Origin: a virus
Lineage: Duplodnaviria > Heunggongvirae > Uroviricota > Caudoviricetes
DNA length: 18,682 nucleotides
IMG/VR virus record: IMGVR_UViG_2778261570_000014
Reading direction: 5' to 3' (one strand)
Shown: piece by piece, positions 9,443-16,264 of the stretch
Numbering within the stretch: the stretch's first letter is position 1
How the letters are laid out: the number at the start of each line of letters is the position of its first letter
The notes under the pieces: generated by a model
The model's input: the letters and a program-made list of their open reading frames with translations, nothing else
Database searches by the model: none
What the model was told of the DNA's origin: nothing
Program-made: the position numbers and the translations under genes

Positions 9443-9461
9443 TGAGGGTGATTTTTACACC
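9443..9461 (+). promoter_or_regulatory. Inverted iteron copy upstream of the origin, probable RepA operator
   Basis: TGAGGGTGATTTTTACACC is the reverse complement of the iteron consensus with two mismatches. Confidence 0.5.
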
Positions 9462-9479
9462 TTAAGTGACGCTACTCAC

Positions 9480-9488
9480 ATATCCACA
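9480..9488 (+). promoter_or_regulatory. DnaA-box-like site (ATATCCACA, 8/9 match to TTATNCACA)
   Basis: Seen in sequence directly next to the AT-rich tract and iterons, the usual Rep_3 origin layout. Confidence 0.45.
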
Positions 9489-9545
9489 GAGTATTTTTAT
9501 AAACCTTTTTCCATTTTTAATCCTTTTTAGATCCTTTTTAGGCGT
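9489..9545 (+). promoter_or_regulatory. AT-rich tract with short phased CCTTTTT-type repeats, candidate DNA-unwinding element
   Basis: CCTTTTTCC, ATTTTTAA and TCCTTTTTAG (twice, 11 bp apart) between the DnaA-box-like site and the iterons. Confidence 0.45.
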
Positions 9546-9583
9546 CGCTGGAGCCAGTAGTGGCGCGGGCTGTAGAGGAGGCT

Positions 9584-9701
9584 GGTGTAAGATTTGCCCT
9601 CAATTAAATACGATCGGTGTAAGATTTGCCCTCAGAAGGTGTAAGATTTGCCCTCAAAAGGTGTAGTAATTGCCCTCAAAGTGGTGTAAAAATTGCCCTC
9701 A
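9584..9701 (+). repeat. Iteron array: five direct 19-bp repeats (consensus GGTGTAAGATTTGCCCTCA) upstream of repA
   Basis: Copies at 9584-9602, 9616-9634, 9638-9656, 9660-9678 and 9683-9701. The first three are identical; copies 4 and 5 differ at 2-3 positions. Spacing 32, 22, 22, 23 bp. Confidence 0.85.
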
Positions 9702-9725
9702 CCATTTGAAGGATCACACAGGGTT

Positions 9726-10481
9726 ATGAACAGAGCGGAATTAACAGCAAAAGCCGTCAGCCTGATTGAGTCAGCGACACCTATTAGTCGTAGTCTGGCA
9801 CAAGCCAATGAGATCACGGAGGCTGCTTATCACCTGACTCGCGACCAAAAGCGACTGTTGTTTATTGTGGTGGGAAGACTTCGCTATGCTTCTAAGGATG
9901 GCGTTCTTGGTTCAGGTGCCTGTGAGTTGACGGTCAACGAATATGCAGAGATGTATAATTTGCCCTCTGCTGAAGCCAGCAAGGATATTCGTAAGGCCAT
10001 TTCAGGGCTTAGCGAGAAGAAAGTTACGATATATAACCCTGATGAATCGACCGAATCAGAAGACAGTTATGAGTCTTATCCCTGGATGATTAAGGATGCC
10101 TATTCACCACGGCGCGGGACTTACATTATTCATCTTAATCCATATCTCATGCCGTTTTTTACTCTGCTTGATAAGAGATTCACAAGGCTGAATTTTACCG
10201 AAGTATCTCGCCTTACAAATCCTTATTCTATGCGGCTTTATGAGTCCTTATGCCAGTACAGGAAGGATGATGGAAGCGGCTTTGCCATACTTGGCGTCGA
10301 ATGGATGCGGGAGCGTTATGGGTTACCAAAAAGCTATCAGCGGTATGCCGAATTTAAGAGAAGTTTTTTAACGAAGGCTGTAGCAGAGATTGAAAAAAAT
10401 ACAAAAATGAAAATAGTCTTCTCAGAGGTGACGGAAGGCGGCAAAGTTACCAGGATAAAATTTACCTATCAGCAGTCTTAA
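9726..10481 (+). CDS. repA: Replication initiator RepA, Rep_3 family (iteron-binding)
   Basis: 251 aa from ATG 9726 (the ORF track starts at an in-frame TTG at 9693 inside iteron 5). Flanked by iterons; resembles pSC101 RepA from memory (LTRDQKRLLFIVVG..., NPYSMRLYESL..., C-terminal KVTRIKFTY). Only gene on the plus strand in a minus-strand cluster. Confidence 0.85.
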   Translation: MNRAELTAKAVSLIESATPISRSLAQANEITEAAYHLTRDQKRLLFIVVGRLRYASKDGVLGSGACELTVNEYAEMYNLPSAEASKDIRKAISGLSEKKVTIYNPDESTESEDSYESYPWMIKDAYSPRRGTYIIHLNPYLMPFFTLLDKRFTRLNFTEVSRLTNPYSMRLYESLCQYRKDDGSGFAILGVEWMRERYGLPKSYQRYAEFKRSFLTKAVAEIEKNTKMKIVFSEVTEGGKVTRIKFTYQQS

Positions 10482-10772
10482 GGGCAATTTTTACACCCCT
10501 CTCAAGGTGTAGAATTTGCCCTTAACGATCGGCAATTGAGGGTAATTTTTACATCTTAATTGCATGTATCTTGTTATTAGCAAGTTGTGTTTTTATATAA
10601 CGTATTGATATGTAAGGATTATGTAAAAAACGCCCTCAACCAATATCGTGCGTATCGTGCATTCTTATTGCGCTTTTTTATTATCATTCACTGTGTTAAC
10701 TGATTGATATTATTGAAATATGTAAAGAATGCCTTCATTGCAGATGGATTGATGATGTAAAAAATGCCCTCA
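10479..10772 (+). repeat. Downstream iteron cluster: at least six iteron-like sites, mixed orientation and degenerate, in an AT-rich region
   Basis: Inverted copy 10479-10497 overlapping the repA stop, direct 10506-10524, inverted 10537-10555, and degenerate direct copies at 10621-10638, 10720-10737 and 10754-10772. No ORF in this region. Confidence 0.7.
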
Positions 10773-10862
10773 AAATTGCGCTACCTTCCCTACCCGCTAT
10801 CGTTGAGGTCGTGGGTGCTGACGGGAAATGAGCAACCCTCCAGCACACATAATTAAAGCTAT

Positions 10863-11570
10863 TCAGAATTTGATCACTCCACTCACAGCCCCCTTTAACG
10901 CGCTTGTAGCCATGCCAGCGGCACCGTTGACCAAAGCAGAAACACCTGAGCCTGCGGATGTGTATTTCTGGAAAGTGATTGGATATGACAAGAACTCTGA
11001 CACCTGGTCTCGTGAGCGGGTGATTTCCCCAAGTTGAGTGGGGAATACGCGCATTTCCTCTTCCAGTTCTTTACCGCCATCCTGAGTTACCCGGTAGAGC
11101 CGGATCTTCATTAGATATTCAGGAGGAAGGTTTATTGTTCCGTCCGGGTTTGTCACGCGGGAACGACGCTCTTTGAACCAGTTCATGATCTTGCCGTCTT
11201 CGGTATCCCTTACGGTCATCGTGACTGGTCCGGCGGTGACGTAGGTTGGCTTGCTGAACTCTACGCTACCTATCACCTTGTTTTCTGTCTCGATATTTCC
11301 GCTGCTGTAGGTGATATCCTTCACGAACATATCGAAACCGTTCAGACCGTCCACTTCAACCGTCCACTGCCATCCCTGGGCGTAACGAATACGCATAGCG
11401 GCAGCAACAATATTTTTCCCGTAGGCAATATCGCTGCTGTAGTTCCCACTTACCCCGCCGCCGGATATTGCTTTATCCAGAATGTCGCTAATGAGGTTGC
11501 TGGTGAATGATTTTGTGTTAAATGACAGTGCGGTGGTCAACGTTCTGCCAACGCTGCTGAAAATACTCAC
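10863..11570 (-). CDS. Hypothetical virion or tail protein (235 aa)
   Basis: Co-oriented with the tail genes; apparent GTG start at 11570 with GGAGG upstream. No motif recognised. Confidence 0.5.
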   Translation of the reverse strand: MSIFSSVGRTLTTALSFNTKSFTSNLISDILDKAISGGGVSGNYSSDIAYGKNIVAAAMRIRYAQGWQWTVEVDGLNGFDMFVKDITYSSGNIETENKVIGSVEFSKPTYVTAGPVTMTVRDTEDGKIMNWFKERRSRVTNPDGTINLPPEYLMKIRLYRVTQDGGKELEEEMRVFPTQLGEITRSRDQVSEFLSYPITFQKYTSAGSGVSALVNGAAGMATSALKGAVSGVIKF

Positions 11571-11585
11571 TCTGCGCCTCCAGCG

Positions 11586-12137
11586 TTAAAAAATGGTAGC
11601 CCCCGGAATAATCGCCCGGTTTGAGGACATTTTTTCTTCAATCTCCTGAACGCGGGCATATAACGTGGCTTCATCAGGTAGATCTGAGTAGTCAAATTTC
11701 CCGTCGATGGACGCTCGACGCTGGCGGGCGACATTTCTGACATTGATAAGCGCCTCCAGGTATTCTTCCAACATACCAATGATTGCAGGCGGCACTTGCC
11801 ATTCGTCCAGTTTTCTGTCGCGGAGATTAACCAGATACAGCATCCGAAAAGGCCATCGTTCTGAACCTGTCAGCTCTAATTCAATAAAGCCGGATAGTTC
11901 ATCCGAATAGACCAAAAGGCCATTGCTGTCGGTGACGTGAACAAGGGATAGATAATCTTCCGGCAATGGGATTGCGGTGCCACCAGCTTTTTCGAGTTTT
12001 AGTGTCTTCACTACCCCGGCCCTGTCCTGATACGTGGTCAGCGCTTTAATCAGGAAGGCTTTCAGCGTGTCTTCTTCACGCACAAGCAGTGGGTTAAATC
12101 GCGTTTTAACGCTTTCTAATAATTCGGTTGGTGTCAT
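11586..12137 (-). CDS. Hypothetical virion or tail protein (183 aa)
   Basis: ATG at 12137; lies between the tail tube gene and the 235-aa gene. No motif recognised. Confidence 0.5.
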   Translation of the reverse strand: MTPTELLESVKTRFNPLLVREEDTLKAFLIKALTTYQDRAGVVKTLKLEKAGGTAIPLPEDYLSLVHVTDSNGLLVYSDELSGFIELELTGSERWPFRMLYLVNLRDRKLDEWQVPPAIIGMLEEYLEALINVRNVARQRRASIDGKFDYSDLPDEATLYARVQEIEEKMSSNRAIIPGATIF

Positions 12138-12163
12138 CGTACCTACAACTCAAATACAAGGAA

Positions 12164-12184
12164 TTCCCGCCACAAGGGCGGGAA
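12164..12184 (-). other. Intercistronic stem-loop (TTCCCGCC / GGCGGGAA, 5-nt loop) directly after the tail tube stop codon
   Basis: Perfect 8-bp GC-rich inverted repeat, followed on the minus transcript by a moderately U-rich stretch before the next ATG. Confidence 0.4.
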
Positions 12185-12189
12185 AGAGA

Positions 12190-12681
12190 TCACTCTACCC
12201 AGTTGTAAACAATACGCAGGGAAGGCTTAACGACCGCTGTTACGTCTTCGGATGAGAAGTCCACGGCGTCGGAATACACTTTGCAATGAGAATATGTGCG
12301 GATCAGACCTTTATGGTTACCGCTATTCGATTCAGCCGCCGCCTGTAAGGTAATTTCCAGATATTCTTTTCCGTATACCATCTGTTTTACAGCGGCGAGA
12401 ACTGCGCCTTCGATAGTTTCCGCGCATGTGACCTGAAATTCACCAGAGTTGCGTAATGGTCCGTGCTGGTTGAATTTCATGCCACCAGGGGCGTAATCCT
12501 CCACATCTTCACGTGTCATTTCTGGTAACTGAGCTGTACGAACTAGTACAGACAGATGTTCGTAACCCTTAATGGTCATCCAATATTCAGAACCAATAAG
12601 TTTTTCGCCTGCAGCCAGGTTTTTATTAAACCGGGATTTTAGAAAGGCCATATCGGCTTTTGTATTTGCAAAACCGGACAT
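12190..12681 (-). CDS. Tail tube protein, T4 gp19-like (163 aa)
   Basis: Same length as T4 gp19 and similar landmarks from memory (RTAQLPE vs KATALPAG; C-terminal ...VYNWVE vs ...LDYWE). Strong AGGAG Shine-Dalgarno; downstream of the sheath gene. Confidence 0.55.
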   Translation of the reverse strand: MSGFANTKADMAFLKSRFNKNLAAGEKLIGSEYWMTIKGYEHLSVLVRTAQLPEMTREDVEDYAPGGMKFNQHGPLRNSGEFQVTCAETIEGAVLAAVKQMVYGKEYLEITLQAAAESNSGNHKGLIRTYSHCKVYSDAVDFSSEDVTAVVKPSLRIVYNWVE

Positions 12682-12689
12682 AAATACTC

Positions 12690-13286
12690 CTACACAAAAA
12701 CAGATGAGATATTGCTACGGTTGATCGATGTGTTACCGCTGCATTGCAGGGTTACCGTGTTATGAGTGAAATAGCCTTCCGGTGTGCGCGGGGCGTCCAG
12801 TTGGTAACTCACGCTTTTGATAACAACGCCAGTTAGCAGGACGTTTCTGCCAATATTAATTGTGACTGTTTCAGGAATCCTTCCCATTGGCGCAACGTCA
12901 TTTAACTCTGGAGAGGCCATTTTCAATAAGGTTGTAATTGCGTCATTAACTTCAATTTTTGCATTGGATGTTGCTAAGAAATCCAGCACAAGATTGAACT
13001 CTGGTGGCTGTTGTCCTTCCCAGATTAACGTGGAATTGAATCGGCTTTTGCTTGTCAGTCCACTTAAATTTTGAACTATGCTGGCAAATGATGACGCTGC
13101 TTCACTAATTGAGCCTAACAAACTTCCCATAGCTTTATCTTCAAATGGGGATTGCCATAGTGATGCTAATTCCGCCGACGAACCTTCTCCAATATAGCCG
13201 ACCACCATATCTGTATTGGACTCGTTTATAATATAAACCTTTAAAAAAGGGCTTATGCCATCAGCTAAACTTGCTCCGCAATACAC
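12690..13286 (-). CDS. Hypothetical tail-associated protein (198 aa)
   Basis: Between the sheath and tube genes; apparent GTG start at 13286 with GGGAG upstream, so the start is uncertain. No motif recognised. Confidence 0.45.
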   Translation of the reverse strand: MYCGASLADGISPFLKVYIINESNTDMVVGYIGEGSSAELASLWQSPFEDKAMGSLLGSISEAASSFASIVQNLSGLTSKSRFNSTLIWEGQQPPEFNLVLDFLATSNAKIEVNDAITTLLKMASPELNDVAPMGRIPETVTINIGRNVLLTGVVIKSVSYQLDAPRTPEGYFTHNTVTLQCSGNTSINRSNISSVFV

Positions 13287-13334
13287 AGCTATTTCTCCCA
13301 GGTAGAGGCCACCTTTGCAGGCGGCCTATGTCAC

Positions 13335-14069
13335 TTACAAACCGCGTTTTTTGCGAATGCGCATTGATTTTTTGCGGTTGATATTCGCTACGGATGTATG
13401 TGCTTTGCGGCGTGCTTTTTTCAGCGCCTGTTTTTGCAATGACGTCATGCGGCGAGGACGCGGGCGTTTACGGATGATGGTAACCTTGCCATCACGAACC
13501 ACTTTTTTACGTACCGCTTCCAGCATTGCGCTATCACCACCAGCAACGGTGTAAATGGCAATAGCTGTTTCCATCATGTCGGTGTCGCTTTCGGAAAGAG
13601 CGTCAAAAACACGTTCGGCAGCTGAGTCATCTTCATCGTCGATCATTTCGGTTACATCGTCCTGATCAGCGCCAAGCGCAACAGCTGCATCAGCAAGAGC
13701 TGCGAGAGCATCGTTATAAGCATCGATTTGTTCATCGGTGAAATCGGTGCCTTCATCGATATCAGCCAGGCCAGCCATAGTGATTGCTAATGCATCAAAT
13801 GAGTCAGCCTCCGGATCACCATCTTCAACCCAACCAGCAAGCATGGACGCTGCCAGGCTGCGCATATCACCTTGTGCACGGGATTCAACCGCTTCCATCA
13901 TCGCGGTTTCAATGTCGTCTTTGGGCTTTGGTTGAGTGTCCTTTCCTTTCTGTCCTGCACTTTCCAGCATGGCGTTATCATTATTGTCCTGAGTGGATTT
14001 ATCACCGCTTTCAAAGCAGCCAGAACCGAAAATCGCACGCATAAACGGATCAGCAGTATAATTTTTCAT
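13335..14069 (-). CDS. Bipartite acidic/basic protein (about 244 aa): strongly acidic N-terminal two thirds and a Lys/Arg-rich C-terminal tail
   Basis: ORF track starts at TTG 14075; the more likely start is ATG 14069 with GAGAGG upstream. Acidic runs (DDEDDSAAE..., EDGDPEADSFD...) then ...RKRPRPRRMTSLQKQALKKARRKAH...RKKSMRIRKKRGL. No homolog recognised. Confidence 0.5.
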   Translation of the reverse strand: MKNYTADPFMRAIFGSGCFESGDKSTQDNNDNAMLESAGQKGKDTQPKPKDDIETAMMEAVESRAQGDMRSLAASMLAGWVEDGDPEADSFDALAITMAGLADIDEGTDFTDEQIDAYNDALAALADAAVALGADQDDVTEMIDDEDDSAAERVFDALSESDTDMMETAIAIYTVAGGDSAMLEAVRKKVVRDGKVTIIRKRPRPRRMTSLQKQALKKARRKAHTSVANINRKKSMRIRKKRGL

Positions 14070-14083
14070 ATTCAAACCTCTCT

Positions 14084-14105
14084 CCCCCGCATCATTTAGC
14101 GGGGG
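14084..14105 (-). other. Intercistronic stem-loop (CCCCCGC / GCGGGGG, 8-nt loop) directly after the sheath stop codon
   Basis: Perfect 7-bp GC stem 8 nt from the sheath stop; no U-tract on the minus transcript. Confidence 0.4.
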
Positions 14106-14112
14106 TTATAAA

Positions 14113-15771
14113 TCAGCGCATCAGAATTGGCTTACCGACGATTCGGCGAGCTGTACCGGTCGGACAAACAGACCAGGCCACTTCCCACAGATCGATGTCC
14201 TTTTGGACAACCTGAACAACATATGGATCTTCACCCTGGGACTTGTCACGTGGAGTAACCAGCGCACCGGCTGCAACGTAACGGTCAAGCAATTCAGTCA
14301 TTGCTTTCATTAGCGCTTCTTTGGTAATGCCATCCGGTTCGTGCTTAATCGCCTGAGCTACTTCATAGAAATCTCTGGCGATGGCGTTCATCAAGGAAGA
14401 CACATGCTGGAATCGCAGATAGTTGTTTTTGCTGTAAGTTGTTAAAGAGTCGTCAATGTAAACGGACCCGTCAGCAGCAACTGAAACTGGATTAATGCGC
14501 GCAAGAACGAACGCTTCACGATCAACTGCACCGATATTTGGAATTCGGGCAATGTTCTGTCGATCAATAATCGCGCGTGATATACCTGCCGGTGCGTAAT
14601 GCCAACCACCAACATCCGGTACCAGCGCCACTCCTTTTGCCTTCGCTACGAATGCGTCGCAGCTAATGCCATAGACGACATTCATTCCAGTGAAAGTATC
14701 TCGGCAGGAGAGCGGGAAGTAGTAACGGCTTGGTTGATGTGAGCCGCCAAAACTATGGCTTTTCGCTTCTGAAATAGCGTTTTCAGGTGTCTGGTTGCCC
14801 TTCAGGTCATAGAACATGTCTACGCGAACATCTTCAGCCAGCTTTTTGATTGCGGCTAAGGCGGATGCGTCATAACAACCCAATGACAGCAATGCGGTGT
14901 AATTAACCTCTGAAGCTTCGAGAACCTTTAATGCTTCCAGATAGTCTGCAGCGGCAATTTCGGACAGATTTCCATCAGTACCACCTTCAAAAGCCACATC
15001 CTCAAAAATGAGTTGAGCAGCGGATGCTTCTGCATTATCTGCCAGTACGGCACCAATGCGAGTGGACTGGCTTTCAAGCAGTGTCGGAATCCATGCTGGT
15101 TGGCCCATGTCGTTGGTGCCTTCTGGATTGAAAGACACTTGGTGGCTTTCCAGCACCTCAATGGACCCATCGGTTTTTTTTTCTTTCAGCGTCAGCGTAA
15201 AGAGTTCGCTTTCTTCATCATCGCGAGTTAGTGATAACGTGCGATTTTGAGATGCATCACCATCTTTGATGAAGAATAATGCCTTCTCTCCACCTTTAAT
15301 CTGGGGCGTCTCTTTGGGTGTGAAGGTCACTGATTGAGTCGTTGCAGTTGGAGCAACACCAACGCTTAATGTGTCACCTGGATTTGCTGTGGTTTCAGTA
15401 GGTTCAACGGAAAGTTCTTTGCTCGCCTTTGCCGCTTTTGCTTTGCCCACAACGGAAACAGAAATACCCGGCACCTTCATGTCTTTAGCGCAAACTCGAA
15501 CGACATATCCAGAGCCGCCTTTTACTGCACGCTCCACGTGGCGATATGGTTCAAATGCCGCGCCCAGGCGAGGGTGAATCGGTGAACCTAATACGCTTTG
15601 ATAAGTCGTATCGTCAACTTTCAGTACCTTACCCGGTGCGCCACGACGCGATATTACAAGCCCAGCAAAGACGGATGCGCCACCGCTGGTATTGGTGAGG
15701 GTAGCGTCAGCATTTACTGACATTACAGCAACGCCAGCTGCCTGCCCTACCGAAAAACTAATCTTATTCAT
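14113..15771 (-). CDS. Tail sheath protein (552 aa)
   Basis: Size and the C-terminal domain resemble T4 gp18 from memory (WHYAPAGISRAII vs WMSPAGYNRGQI; ...INPVSVAADGSVYIDDS...). ATG with GAGGA upstream; followed by tube-like genes. Confidence 0.7.
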   Translation of the reverse strand: MNKISFSVGQAAGVAVMSVNADATLTNTSGGASVFAGLVISRRGAPGKVLKVDDTTYQSVLGSPIHPRLGAAFEPYRHVERAVKGGSGYVVRVCAKDMKVPGISVSVVGKAKAAKASKELSVEPTETTANPGDTLSVGVAPTATTQSVTFTPKETPQIKGGEKALFFIKDGDASQNRTLSLTRDDEESELFTLTLKEKKTDGSIEVLESHQVSFNPEGTNDMGQPAWIPTLLESQSTRIGAVLADNAEASAAQLIFEDVAFEGGTDGNLSEIAAADYLEALKVLEASEVNYTALLSLGCYDASALAAIKKLAEDVRVDMFYDLKGNQTPENAISEAKSHSFGGSHQPSRYYFPLSCRDTFTGMNVVYGISCDAFVAKAKGVALVPDVGGWHYAPAGISRAIIDRQNIARIPNIGAVDREAFVLARINPVSVAADGSVYIDDSLTTYSKNNYLRFQHVSSLMNAIARDFYEVAQAIKHEPDGITKEALMKAMTELLDRYVAAGALVTPRDKSQGEDPYVVQVVQKDIDLWEVAWSVCPTGTARRIVGKPILMR

Positions 15772-15838
15772 GCTGGTTCTTATCCTCTAAAGCGAGAGAA
15801 CGAGGCAAGGCTGCCCACGGTTAATGGGCAGCCTCTGA

Positions 15839-16117
15839 TCAGGATTCGCTTACCGTGAAGTTATCGCCTACAGTTACTTCTTTCGTAGTTGGTTCAACAC
15901 TGACGGTGCTTACGCTTTTATGTGCCTCCCTAACAGTGACTGTGCACTGTGCGGTTTTATTGCCGTCATTTGTTTTGATTGTCAGCACTGCCTGCCCGGC
16001 CTTAAGAGCGGTACATGTAGTGCCATCAACCTGGACAATATCAGGGTGATCTGACTCAACAGTGAAAGATTTGTCTGTTGCGTCAGGTGGCGTGATAGTT
16101 ACTTGAATGTTTGCCAT
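15839..16117 (-). CDS. Small Ig-like (Big_2-type) domain protein (92 aa), possible capsid or tail decoration
   Basis: Pattern ...FTVESDHPDIVQVDGTTCTALKAGQAVLTIKTNDGNKTAQCTVTV fits the bacterial Ig-like group 2 consensus. AAGGAG 6 nt upstream of the ATG. Confidence 0.55.
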   Translation of the reverse strand: MANIQVTITPPDATDKSFTVESDHPDIVQVDGTTCTALKAGQAVLTIKTNDGNKTAQCTVTVREAHKSVSTVSVEPTTKEVTVGDNFTVSES

Positions 16118-16130
16118 TTTTTTCTCCTTA

Positions 16131-16158
16131 ACGCCCCTTAATCAGGGGCGTGTTTTTG
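16131..16158 (+). terminator. Terminator-shaped hairpin (ACGCCCCT / AGGGGCGT, 5-nt loop) followed by GTTTTTG on the plus strand
   Basis: Canonical intrinsic-terminator geometry for plus-strand transcription, but it lies between two minus-strand genes just upstream of the Ig-like gene's ribosome-binding site. Confidence 0.4.
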
Positions 16159-16264
16159 CCTTACTTCTGCTTTGTTTTTTTCTGTGCCTTTGAAGTGTTC
16201 GCGGCGATAGTTTCACCTTCATCTACGTCAAGTGACGTTGGTGATACCGACACGTTCGCCACCA

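Noticed and set aside
9584-10772. Short direct repeats that could be mistaken for a CRISPR array
   Set aside because: Repeats are 19 bp with 3-13 bp gaps rather than unique spacers of about 30 bp, occur in both orientations, and flank a Rep-type initiator gene. They are iterons.
10828-11037. Plus-strand ORF (69 aa) starting beside the P1-like iteron match
   Set aside because: Overlaps the 3' end of the minus-strand 235-aa gene and has no ribosome-binding site; the sequence is better explained as a gene end plus a regulatory site.
11567-11779. Alternate-frame ORF overlapping the end of the 183-aa gene, considered as a programmed frameshift product
   Set aside because: The alternate frame would extend the protein by only a few codons, and no slippery heptamer or downstream structure was seen at the overlap.
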